Origin: Tubulanus polymorphus
Taxonomy: Eukaryota; Animalia; Nemertea
Direction: 5' to 3'
Assembly: GCF_964204645.1 (NCBI RefSeq)
Contig: NC_134035.1
Coordinates: 10,820,451-10,884,450 of the forward strand
DNA length: 64,000 bases
Shown: piece after piece, positions 1 through 25,970 of the stretch
Layout of the letters: every line of letters starts with the position of its first letter
How positions within the stretch are numbered: the first letter of the stretch is position 1
The notes under the pieces: model-generated
What the model saw: the letters and a program-made list of their open reading frames with translations, nothing else
What the model was told of the DNA's origin: nothing
Databases searched by the model: none
Made by a program: the position numbers and the translations under genes

Positions 1-3000
1 AGATTCGATCTGCATTTAGGAAGCTTCGGCATAAACGCGATAAATGAAGAGTACATTTCGTGTTATCGTACAATAACAACAACTCGTGTTACAGCGAACC
101 CGTACGTCGTCGGACTGATAAGAAGAATTCATTCTCTTAAAGAATGACTGAGTTGAAATTCGAGTCGGTGTGGATTATTTTTTAATGATTTATTGCAGAT
201 GCGTAGGAAGTTAGATGCGATGGCGAAAATTGAAAGTTCTATTAACAAATGGCTGTAAACGTGGACGAGGTCGAGGAACAAAGCTTTCATATAGATAATT
301 TGTATCTTTGACTCGCTATATGTCCATGATGCGTATCGTTTTACATTACGTTTGATGTTTTACTTGCTGATTAATTCAAAATTATGCTCCACGGCATATG
401 TTCATATATTTCCACGGCATAGATCTTCCAACGCCTTTTCCAACTCTACCGCAGCTACCATTCATACTCAGTAAGAAATTGAAGCGATCCAATGTCATCG
501 AGAAATATTATTCTTAAGCTTATATATATATAATTTCGTCTCGGTGACGAATATTCACCGGTAGCCTTCTTCAAAAATAACAACGAGAAAAACATAATGC
601 TGATTTGATAACTCAACATTAAACACCAAAGATATTTTTGAATTTGAAATTGAATATGAAAAAACTGAACATGATATAACAAATATTGACTTACAATTTC
701 AAGAATGAAAATAGAAAGTCGACCTAACATATCTTTCTAGATTTCTTAGATGATATCCTCGGGACTTTTCCGAACTAACCAAAAAAAGAAAAAAATTCTT
801 CTATTTCAAAGAGTCTAAGAATATCAATTAATCGTAGCATTTCTCAGGGGTTGCTGAGTGTGTTCTATTATTTTGATTAGTGTCTTCCTTGATGTCAATT
901 ATCCTAATGGTTAGGTATCACTTGTTTCGTATGGCGTTTGATGTCTAGAAATAGAGGAACCCTGTCTCTCAAGTTAGTTGTGGCTCGTTTCTATTGATAA
1001 TTTCAGAGACTCTTGGTTTCACACGCAGTATTTTCTCTAGACATCGCCGCGTTCGTCCGTGATTAGCCAACACTTTTTTCAAAGCATTAACTCGAACGCA
1101 CTAAAACGACGCTTACGTGCAAGGGTACAAAGGTAAATGCGGTTTAGTTTGCCAATTATGTGAGCGGGGCCTAAAAACATCAGAGCTAAATCTCGTTTAT
1201 CGAAGGTTCATAACGCGCTCCTAAATGTATTAGAGACTGGCTCGGTTGAGAAAAGAATAGATTAAGTCCTCAAATTTAGATTTCTTTTTACAAACGCATC
1301 GATAAGGACACAAAACAATTTATTTAGTAGACGAGTTTATGGATAGTCGCAAAAATACATAAATCTGGAGGTATTTTTGGTTGTAATCACCGCTGTTGTT
1401 CTCTTACCTCTGCCCGACTAATGAAGAGAACTAGAGCGGTACTTAGGTGGGGCTGACAGATTGACAAAATTCAAACGATAACTTATGCTTTACTTATTGA
1501 ATAAGCCTGGACTTCAAAATTTGCGTTTCCTTTATCATAAATAAAATTGATATAGCTTCGTTACAATATGTACCATGAAATACTTAATAGTCTATGAAAG
1601 ATAGTCCAATATCGCGCACCATTTATGTCTTTTAACTGATATATCCCAAAGATAAAAATCGAACATTCTCCCGGCGGTATGTCTCGATAGTCCCGAGTTA
1701 GCAGCTTCCTAACTGGCGTATTGCATGACCGACAGATATTCTGATATTCCATGCGAGTATTCTAACCAGCGAAATGGTAACAATCCAGACAGAGGATCTG
1801 AACTTCAAAAAGATTTTGCGATGCTATAGCGTCAACTTAAGCAAAGATTCGAACCTAATAGCGCCGAGACTCGATGCCGTGCTAGAGAAAGCAAACCCTT
1901 ACGTGGAGTCACAACCCTTGGGTAGACCCAATCAGATGACTCGTTGTGTACGTATATACCCCCTCCGTAATGTTGCCTGAAGTATGAGCAATGACGCGCC
2001 GTGACGTCACTTGAGTAAGGTCCATCGGAGCACCCTGTCCATAATTCAATTCACATCAATTCAACTAAGTCATAGGGAATATTTTGCAACGTTACTGTGG
2101 CAAGCGAAATTCCGCCATAATCCGCCAGGTTCGCAAGTGTACAGTACGTCAATGCCGAATTTCTTGTCAAACTCTTCGTCAAGTTGTTTGATCTTGTCAA
2201 ATTATAATCTCATAGTAATTTCTCAAATTCAATCAATGATCTACGGATATTGTGCAACATTTGAACTGTGAAGACGAGTTTATTTAGATACGTGATTTGT
2301 TTGGATTGGAAGACCGAAGATTGAGTCAAAGTTACTTAAAAATGAAATAGGTTTGATCGAGTTTTTCTGATATCTCAGTGGTGCCATGTGCCGGGATAGC
2401 CGATGCGCCGGTAGAAATAGTATATAAGACCAAGTGGTTTCGAACAATGCCATCAGGGTTCGAAGATGGAAGATTCGCGATGATGCGAACTGGCGATAAA
2501 GTGGTGAATGACCGCCTTATACAAATACAATGATATAAAGATTATACGCTGATTATTGGTTTGATCCGACCCTCGGGATCACGCGCACGCTATTTCTTTG
2601 ACCAATAATCGAGTCCGTGTCCCCGGGCTGCGCTTAACCGCCATAACAGCCGCAATAAAAAGTCCACACGGTAGCGATGCCAATTGTGTAAATAATTCCG
2701 CGCCGAAACGTCGCAAGGCAATCATAACCCGCGGCTGAAACGACGCCGAGGTGTTTTGAGCGATTATTCATATGTGGGTCGGCCTCGCGTCGGCAACTGA
2801 TCGTATACTTACCATAAAAAACACGGCATCTCCGCAAAATAAATAAACGCCGACGACACGTCTAGAATAGTGAAAAACGTTACGATCTCGTCCGTTAACC
2901 GCGGCCGTCGTGTCATCAAAATGCTGCTCAGTGAGGCGTGATTTTTTTATTCACGATGCGGCGTCAGACCCGTTGCGTTATAACCAAGTCACGTAATTAC

Positions 3001-3510
3001 TAGCCGATGGTAGCCCCTTACAGCGTAGGATCTACCAGCAGTTCATAGGCCGCAACCGAACGCGGATTCGATCGAAAATAGCATCTTAAATGATACCGTG
3101 GTCCTGGAAACGGTTCGGAGGATACAGATTTCCTTCTTTCGCAGCCGCTCGCTGGCGCCGGTATCGCCAACAGTGCACCCGCCGGCTAAACGAGCAGGAA
3201 AAAAAACTCAGCCCTACATAAATATGCATTGTATAGCGTCCACTTCTCAGTGTCGGGTTTCTCTACACTTCTGAACGCGCTAGTCGCTGTTGACTGGCAG
3301 CAAACATCGGGTGAGATTGGCTGTTTATTCCTGTGATTATTTCAATAAACACGACGACATTTCGCTCGTGTAATGGGCACTTGCACGCACTGCTGATTGA
3401 AAAAAATAGAAATCGTCTATTACTATCGGCTTCATTTTTCCTATTTGCTATCCTTCTAGCGCTTACATTCGCGGAATATTCGAAAAGTTGAGTCCCGGTG
3501 TCGGAACCGT

Positions 3511-3811
3511 ATGGTGGCCGATTCGGGCCGGAAATTTTACTGTACGGCTAGAGAAACGATGAAAGAAAACTTAAATGATGGCCCATTAGAAATCAAAAAC
3601 CGTTCGTTTTCACGTGTGAGAATTCAAAACATTTTGTTTTCGAGAATTCAAAACCTTTGGTTTTCCGTGTGCGAGAATTCAAATCTTTTGTTTTTTTTTC
3701 TCGCGCGAGGAACCAACAAATGGGGCATCTAAAAACAATTTTCATTGTGCCGCTTTTCATTGTATCTAGCCGTACAGACAATTTTCAAGTATGTCCCGAG
3801 TCAGCCACCAC
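3511..3811. mobile_element. MITE-like element with imperfect TIRs
   Basis: TGGTGGCCGATTCGGG..CTGTACGGCTAGA at left; TCTAGCCGTACAG..CCCGAGTCAGCCACCA at right; internal GAGAATTCAAA repeats. Confidence 0.6.
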
Positions 3812-6800
3812 AGCGCGGAGTGATATGGCCAAGTTGATCAGTTCCAGTTACGAGACTTTAGAGTCGAAGGAGAAAATTATCGACAGTATATCAAATGGGT
3901 TTCGACGAGAGTTCCATTAGAATGGTTCTTCAAACATTTCGTCGGTTGTTGAAATGTTTCCCGGATGGTTCACTCGCGTTTATTGAAAGCAATAAATTCA
4001 ATTGGTTGCGCGGAATTAACGAGCTTTTAGACCCCGCCGCAATATTATCCTCTCGGTCGATGTCAATAATAGAGCTATCATCGATTGTAAGTTTTCAACT
4101 TGCGAAATATATGAGTTTTTTATTGTACAAAATGTCTGAAATACCGCTGTCTAATTCTTTAATGGAATATACATTAATATATAGAACCCTTGTTCCACGA
4201 TTTTATGCTTACTGAATATTGAATAATTAGATAAAGTCATTTGCATTCGCTATCAGTGCCGGGTGACGAGCGGGCTCGAGTGCTGCTGGTTGCTCGCGGG
4301 CAACACTTCAAAGGCCGTTCCGTCGCGAGGTTACATGAACGATCCAATAGCATTCGAGAAACCAAGATCTGTACGACGTAAAAAGAAGATAAACAATAAA
4401 AAAAGAGAATAAAACATTTTAACGCATTGGGGGCATTTGCTTAAAGGTTGGTTTAAATCGACAAGATATAACTGACATAGTGGAAATCTAAATTGCATTA
4501 GTATTTAGGCATTGGTTAATCTATCTAACTTTCAACATACCACTATAGGATGTGGATCGATACCATAATCACAATTAAATTCATCATTTAGAAAAAAATA
4601 TTTAGACTTAATGAAATTGTATCGTTGCTGGTGCGTATTTTCTCCGATCGTTTCGTTAAACGACTTTTCGAGCGACTGACCTCTGATTTAAGTGAGGTAA
4701 AATGACTTCGGCCTAATTTAATTTCGACAGTGTCTGAACACTGAATCGAATTGATGACCGCGGCCGCGGAAAACTTATTCACTTTTTACACTTCGTGGGA
4801 ATTCAACGCGATGCAACTGGCGCTTATCGAGTGCGATATACAACAACTGTCCATGGCAGTTTTCGTTAATGGCCACCCGTGAGACCTTTCCGGCTCGAGT
4901 CGTATTATAACCGTGAGAGTTGTGACTGTTGTTCCGCGCGCGCGCGTCAGTCGATAATAACGGCTTATTCCGGGATTGTCAAGCTCCCGATTACCGCCGC
5001 GTCAATTTACGTCATACCGCGTGACAGAGTTCGCCTCCCACAGTCCGGTCGTCTTGCCACGATTCCTATCATTTGGCGTTGCAAAAATAAATGAGGGATT
5101 CATAGCGAATAGCGACGGAAGTCCGCTTCGGGTTCAGACAGCTTGCGCATCAAATATGAATGAATGAATGAATGCAACGCTTACGAATCGTGACCATGAC
5201 CTGGGATGGATAAGTCGTACTAAGTGTGTTTCCGCTTTTTGGCGTTGTAACGATTATGACAGTGAAATTACGTGGTATACTCGTTTCGAACCCGGGCCTA
5301 GCACACACAAAGTACTATTCCACTTGGCCAGTGGTTCATAGACTCTGAAACCTTTTAGAGTCGATGGCCACAGACTTTGATGTCGCGTTACAGCATCAAT
5401 ACTTGTTTTTGAGTTGCCAACAGTTCGTCACGAGAAAATAAACGCTAATCTCTGTATTTTACGAGAAAAGCTTAAACGCAGCCTTTAAAGATAGGTGTCA
5501 TCCGTACGCCATGGTTATCAATACCGATGAAACGTTTGGGCTTGAGAGCCAAATTAGTTTATATCAAAATCTTCAAACCCTAGATTCGTATTCTTTCTAT
5601 ATCTGCAGGAATATACTTTCATTAGTAACATGGTGGTTTTTCCGATGTGATTCACTTTATGCTAGACTATTGGCCCCTGTAGAGGTTGTTTCTTAACCGC
5701 CCAGTCCAGTTAAAGGTTAACGCCCTGCATCTTTTCCGAATGAGAACTCAATTATATCCATTTTAAGCTAAACTATCGGCTCTTCTTTTTCATCATTACG
5801 CTTAACCCCCTGGAGGTCGTTTCCAAACGACCGCTATTCCGAGTTCGGCTAACGGTTAACGCCCGGTGCGGCGATTAAGCGCGGTATCGAAATGAACCGA
5901 CATTATTCAATCTCACGATCTGTTTTATTGCGGGCAGAAACGGCGGCCATCTCTTCTGCAGCGGAGAACGTATTATTTATGGTGATTGGTCAGTATCAAT
6001 CAGAGGTAACCTAATCACAAGCGGCCAGGATAATCATGTATATAAACGCCACGTAATACTGGTGCAGTGCGCGGCATCGCGACCAACGGGATAAACAAAC
6101 CGATCGACCATTTACCTGCAGCCATACATAAAATCAGTGGCCGGGAAAATATTTGCAAAAAGATTTTTTCACGCGGAAAATAAGTCAATAAGGATACGTA
6201 TGATATTCTATATACCGATACCCCTATTTCACATCAGAACTTACATATATAACGATGCCGAGTAATAGCAACTGTTTCATAAATGCGGCCATCAAAAATC
6301 GCGAACGATTTTTAATAAGCCCCCGAGAGACTTGCGAAAGATGAACCGCTTTTGGCCCCACCGAGTCTCGCGTGATTTCATCAGAATCCGCGTGATTCAA
6401 GATGGCCGCTTTAACGATGTGATATTGATGATGGCTTCGTATGCAGACGAACAGTTTCAGAATAATTTTTCTGATAGGCAGAAACTGTTTGTAGAAATCT
6501 ACTACTGACAAAACGAAAAAGGCAATGTCGAATAAGTATCAGGGCGCTTTCAATTATACATCGGTAAGCAGGATTAGTTATTCTCGGGATTATGATCGTT
6601 CTGTATTTGATCCGATCGACAAAACAACCGGGATTACCGAGTCTCACGAATATCACGATAAACAGATAATCTGTTTGTTACGGTACAAAGGCTGTTACAT
6701 CTGACGATAGGAAATGAAATAACTCTTTTTCCTAGGTTCACAAAGCTGTAATCGGGATTGATTTGCACGCGTTGCCGATGTAATTTTTGAAATTACGAGT

Positions 6801-7290
6801 ATTTGCCATCGCAGCAAATCATATTTTCGCTTTGTAAAAACGGACCCTGGAGACCGCGACACGGTTTTTCGAGTGAGTGCGTCAGATTCGAGGCCGACGC
6901 AGTTCGGAATATACACAATTGTTATTAAGGATTGATAACGTTTTTAAGAGCACTCGCTTTATGAAATGGAAACTGAAATGACTTCCGGAGACTGTTGATA
7001 ATCTTCTCGAATACTCTCAATGAGTCTACTTCGATATCGCAGTCGATTCCGATACCATTTTCTGACAATGTGCGGAATGAAAAAAAAAACAGCAAGGCTC
7101 GTCCGTTACGCAATGCGACAAGCCATAAAACCACGCTGACCTTGGAGCAATCAGTGAATTCAATGATTATCACAAACACTGATTAAGTGATGAACAGCCC
7201 TACAAGTGCGCAATGCCATCATTTCAGGTTTAAACTGACGTAAACTTCATCATCAAATTTATAATGATGAAATTAAACTAACTATTAGTA

Positions 7291-7522
7291 AATTCGTAGA
7301 GTAGCCGTGTTAACCAGGTTTAAAATAAGTATCGAGACGAGTAGTATTGTATAGGTTAACTATTTATTTGACGCGCGAGCTTTCGCTTCTGATGAATAGA
7401 AGCTTCATCGGGTGAATGAGCGACGACTCATTCACCTGATGAAGCTTCTATTCATTAGAAGCGAAAACTCGTGCGTCAAATAAATAGTTAACCTATACAG
7501 TACTACTCGTCTCGTTACTTAG
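7291..7522. mobile_element. Palindromic Penelope-type short element with hammerhead-like cores
   Basis: ~95-bp arms (7326-7521); CTGATGA-stem(GCTTCT/AGAAGC)-GAAA at 7436-7470, mirrored on the minus strand; flanked by CTATTAGTA (7282-90, 7523-31). Confidence 0.75.
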
Positions 7523-10464
7523 CTATTAGTAGTTAGTTACGCCTTGTGCTTCGTATGATTCTAAGGGGCTGGCTTTGTAAAGATAACACGTTTAAAGAAT
7601 TATATGTAAACGTATCAAAAAAGAAAACACTTTCTGCTCGTATACCGAGTATCACAATCCTAAATGCCCGAACCGGCAACGGAACGAATATACGCATATG
7701 GTTTGTTCAACCCGTCAAGGTTTCTACTCGTTCGGCTGTAAATAGGTGAAACGAAGACCAGGAAATACTAAACCAAGAGCACTTACAACTAAACCTTTCT
7801 ATCGAAGGTCGCCGCACTTAATGGCGACGGAATACGGCCGGTATCGGTTTCCAGTTTCTCGATATAATCGGGAAATGGAAACATCAAGTTTCTACCAGGA
7901 TAAACGAACTTTCATCTAACAACCGCGGTGATACCTCCAACAGTAATATTCATCAACAGAATGAATCACTTGAATCGCGATATCCACGATGAATTGATCA
8001 GACGCACAATTTCCAGGTTGCAGTCTGAAGGAAAATCAAAATGGCGGCATATTTTTCGTAAATTTCTGATAATCGTTGCAGTCCATCTACAAGTGTTGGA
8101 TTTTATGTCTCATCCCTAAATGATTATGTTGGCAGGATACAGTTTGAATTTTGATTGACAAAGCCATCTCGGGTCAATGTTATGCTGCTTTTTACGAATA
8201 TATGTGTCGTCATGTTCAATTATTCAACTAAAAGATCTTTATCAAAGCGTATAATGCACTTTCTCGTGAAATCGGGGATTCATTATGTACATAAAATCTG
8301 GTTCAAATTGGTGAATTAGAATGCGAGATCTCTAGATTTATCGGATGAACTAGGGAGATTTGGATGATTAGCGGGATAATGACGATACCAGCGATTTTCG
8401 CTGCGGAGACTTGTTTCCCGGCTTTTAAACCGCTTTAAAGATACAACCGAACTGGAATCGGCTCGTTTTAATCAATCACTATAATCTAGATGTGACTTAA
8501 TCTAGTTAGGCGACGACGAACGTTTTTTTTATGCGCGAAAGTTCGGCGTGTCTACGTCGAGTGAACTCGCCATTAAATAACGATTACGACACGTTCTAAA
8601 AGTAGATCGCGGTGCGCTGATTGGGCGCGCTCGTTATCAATCTAAATCAAAATCAGCCCGTCTCCGACTCGATCACACACGTCACAGCCGGTTAGGAGTA
8701 ATTGCGCGACGCGATTTAGAGACGGCTCGTGTTGGCAAAGCGACACTCGTCCGCCGACGAGATCAACACAGATCTCTGCTGATTTCAGTCACTGCAACGT
8801 CTACAATTTACTATGCGTTTGGCAAAAAAGAAGAATTTCGGTTGTGGGAGTTCGTCGACTGGCGATAATCTAAGAGAAACCGAATGTCATGGTTAGTCAG
8901 AACCCGGAAATGGGCGACCTCTGGATTGAGCACGATCGCTGTAGTTCGAACCTATTTCCAATACAGGATGGCCGACAATGTGAAATGTGTTAAGACCGAA
9001 CTATAGTGCGTTCGGGTGTTAGTTCCGACAACTAGTCGACTAGCTACGAAAACTGAAGTTCGCCCATGATGTCAATCTGAGTTTGGAGTAGTCAGCTTGT
9101 CAAGATGATTATTCCAAGATCTGACCACTGGCCGAATGGACTAGTTCTATCGGTCTTCCTCCAGCCTATTTAAAGCCACCTATATAAAGACTTACATGAC
9201 ACATAAAATTCATGTTTCATATTCATAGCAAATTACATTTATATCGTGAGAACGCCCCAAACCTAACTAGAAATATTAAGAAAATAGGGAAAAAACTGGG
9301 AAAAAACTCTAGACAGATGCGAATTCGATTGATTTTCTGTCAGTGGTAAACCAATTTGAACCGTCGATTCAGCTCCTAGATCCCGAGGCCCTGATTCGCA
9401 AAAAACAAATTTGAATCCGGCAGTTTCGCTCGATTCGGTCATTAGGATTTATCTGAAAGGCGACATAGGACAAAATGTGCCGAAGAGTCTGTTCACATAA
9501 CGAGCTTAGATGCGAGGATCTTTCTCTTAGTTCATTCAATGTGACACTAACTCTCAAATCCTATGAGAACGCCGTTATCTCCGGCGATAATGACTCGGAT
9601 TGATAACTACATTTCGCGCAAAACAACCGTTTGAGACCGGTTAGAGGCGATTACGTCAGTAAACGTCGTTGATAATTACATTCCCGTATTGTATGACATG
9701 CATCCGATACGGGATCAATCGGTCTGAAGTACTGTACGAGTACGACGTGGATCATGATACAAAGGTCAATACCTTAATGCTGCAAGAACCGAATATAATG
9801 ACATCATCATTCTGTATGCGACAACCGTAGAATTTGCATTCATGAGATAAAACATAACTGTTGAAATGTATCCATATATACGCACCTGAGTGCTTATCGC
9901 TGTGGCAAAAGCTGTGGAACTAAAAACGTTAATTATATCTTGTTTTGTCTTTGATTTATTCTTCTACAAATTCTCCACTTTTACAATACATTTTGACATT
10001 GTTTATTTCGTTTTCCGCTTCGTTTTCTACGTCAAAAAACTTCTGCCTACGTGTATACGATACCGAGGTATCGAATGCTTAAATCTGGGTAAATTAGTGA
10101 CACTTTCGGATTACGCCGAGAGTGGATTTCTGCGTATGCCTCGCAGAATGTAATCATCAAAGACCAATGAAAAGAAAAGTTTCACGGATCCCTGAAGCTA
10201 AAGTCTTTCAACTGAAATGAGATCTTTCTCTTGCACGGAAACCGTGTAGAGCCGTATCAAATGCCTAACGAAAACACGATCCTGTCCGTTCACGACGCAC
10301 GCGTATTGCTTTCAGGTTCACCAAGAATCTTAGTGTCTGATGTACCACAGATTGGTTACACTAGGATCGTAGAGCGACGGAGATCACTGGTGGAGACAAC
10401 CACTGTCAGTGCTGGGTGAACTTTCAGGTATCTCACAGTAACGCGATATGTCTGTATATTTCAG

Positions 10465-23502
<13,038 letters not shown>

Positions 23503-23897
23503 GCGAATGGCGGAGCGGCCTCTTTCAAATAATGAAGTCATCGCGCTACACACAGCGCGGCCGTTAGACAGCGGGGTCTTCCTGGTGGCAAGAAATTACC
23601 CTACGTTTAAAACCTTTAATTCCTTAAAAATGGGGATAATTCATGAGTTAATCCGATGGAAGGAACCCTCGCGCTATTCGCAACTAACATACACGACTGG
23701 AAGGTTTACGCAGAAATGGATGATGACGAGGACCATTTTGCCGAAGTACACGAACGACAGAATGATACTTTATAATAGCGGCCTGGTGCCACGACGTACA
23801 TATTGTGTAATATATTGTGTATATCTTTCAAACACTTAGTAGTAGAAAATGGAAATGAAATAAGAAAACAACCGTAGGTTACCTTAGAAAATGTACG

Positions 23898-24126
23898 TAT
23901 TAGGCCAAAAAAATTGATACCTTGTTTCTCCGCTCTGCTGAGCTTAAATGTTGACCCGGCCGGCCGCCTATCTACCTTATACATTACTTTTTTTAAAATC
24001 GTGATCAATTTCACCATAACAGACCCGGCCGCTATAGAAATAAACTGTTTATAAATTTTATCATATTTTACAAAAATGACCCGGCCGCTGCGGAGAAACA
24101 AGGTATCATTTTTGTTTAGCCTAATA
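23898..24126. mobile_element. MITE (family 2)
   Basis: TIR TATTAGGC.AAA.AAA.TGATACCTTGTTTCTCCGC; related copy at 17874-18076 in opposite orientation. Confidence 0.78.
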
Positions 24127-25704
24127 GAATATGTGAAGTCGCGTTCGTTGAATATGAATTAAAAATAACTGTATGAATTTCGTTCGTTATATTGATATAT
24201 ACGTACGTACGTTTTTTTTTTCAAAATGTTCATTTCTGGGCTTATCATTTAATTCATTGATTGTCGTAGATGTGTTGAATATCTTTAGAAACATCATACT
24301 TAATAAGTGAATACTATGACATGGTACGCGCGATGTGTTAGGCGGGGTTTTCATGTAAAATAGGCAAAACGGATTAGCGACCGATATGATTACTAGTTTA
24401 TGTGTATGGCAAATCGTTGTTCTTCTTGTTGTTGTTGCTGTTGTTGTTCATCAGGTGAAATTTAATATATGTCGAAAAAGTCATATGTAAAATAAAAAGG
24501 TTTATTACCATTTTCTAGAAAAAATAGATGAATATACGAAATTCATTTGGGTTTTAATCTCGAGCCATTCACCGCTGCAGCCCTTGAATTATTGTTATTG
24601 GTCTTGAGATAGGATGATGTTACCTATCTGATTGATTCATTCATGAATTTCATTTGATTTGTTGCTTTATTTGACGTGCCTTAAAAAACCCCACCACACC
24701 TGACGGGAACGAAACAGTGCGTTTGTCTTTCAAATAGGAAATCGAAGAGCAGATATAATTGTGTGATTGGTCGAATTTACAGAATTTTATATTTAGATCG
24801 AAGTTCATTATTAGAAATTTCCCGTTTCTGCTCATAAACGTAGATTGCTGGATATGGTTATGTATCTATTCTAGCCAGCGTATAGTGCACCTATATACAG
24901 TAAACCTGGCGTGAGTCGGATCTTTTGAAGAAAAATCCTCCGACTTTGAATAGGTCGGATTTCCAGCCCGTTCCGAAAACTACGACTTGAGAATGAATTT
25001 CTGTTGACGGCAAAATTGAAACAACTTCTACAAGAAATGATTTAAAATCACTGAAATATTTCGGGTTCATGTTTCTAAATCACAACTGAAATAACGTATA
25101 TTGATTGTATCGTCGATTGCAAGCCAGAAACAGGGGTTGGCACAGGGAACAAAATCAAACTTCAATGGGATGGAAATTGCCCTCTAACTTTAGATGAGTA
25201 ATTTCAACTTTTATTTTGGGACCAGGAAAAGTAGCACGAAAAGGTGGGACCATCAATATTCATCCGATGTAAGCGATCTGAACCGATTTACGCGGGTTTA
25301 ACCTTACTTTGATGAATTTCCACCCCTGGATGAGTGAGTACTGAGAACGTTTCCAGGGGAAAATATACCCCCACTACCTGTTATACCGCTTCCAGTGCCA
25401 GTTCATCATTTCCCAAAGAACGAAGGTACCCGCATCTCATTGGATGTGCGTTCGACCTTGGACTAATCACTCTAATTGTAAATCAAGGTTACACAAAGGT
25501 GGAACTGACCGAGATTTTTTTTAGGAAATGTCACAATTTTTGCACCTAAAACACGACCAATCCAACCGGTTATATGATGTATTCTGTTTGCATAAGATAT
25601 CTGACATCCGTTTCGCGTCGAACATTGTCAGGTGTGAAAGCGTTGGCAAATATCAATAATAAATCACCGGCTGATAAACATTGAAGGGAATATTCCAAGA
25701 TTCC

Positions 25705-25760
25705 TATAAAATAGTAGTCTGCGACTGGATATTATCATCCGCCTACTGGAATTCTGGAAG
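25705..25760 (+). promoter_or_regulatory. TATA box and short non-coding first exon of paralog A
   Basis: TATAAAA at 25705, then ~30 nt to a pyrimidine-rich start region and donor GAAG|GTAAT at 25760/61. The acceptor lies directly before the ATG at 25971. Paralog B has the same layout. Confidence 0.65.
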
Positions 25761-25970
25761 GTAATTTTTTAATCATGTCAATCTTTTGATTTAAGAGCTT
25801 TTCCGTGAGTATAAATCATATTAAGCATTAATCATCTCCACGGCATATAAGTGTCTAAATATTTGAATATCTACAGTTGGAATAAATCTTTTTAGTACGT
25901 GTGAAAAATAGGAAAAGTAGCGCAACCCTTACTTTTGGAGAAACAATAATGTTTTTTCTCGAAATTTTAG

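Noticed and set aside
199-258. Possible terminal exon of an upstream gene (TTGCAG|MRRKLDAMAKIESSINKWL*)
   Set aside because: Good acceptor but only 19 codons and no recognisable homology; cannot be supported from this window.
3217-3310. CATAAATA + TCAGT + GG|GTGAG as a possible nAChR promoter and first exon
   Set aside because: Spacing is plausible but there is no in-frame ATG or signal peptide; unverified.
10316-10427. Possible extra nAChR exon upstream of 10465
   Set aside because: Available donors give the wrong phase or a stop, and the implied intron is only ~37-50 nt.
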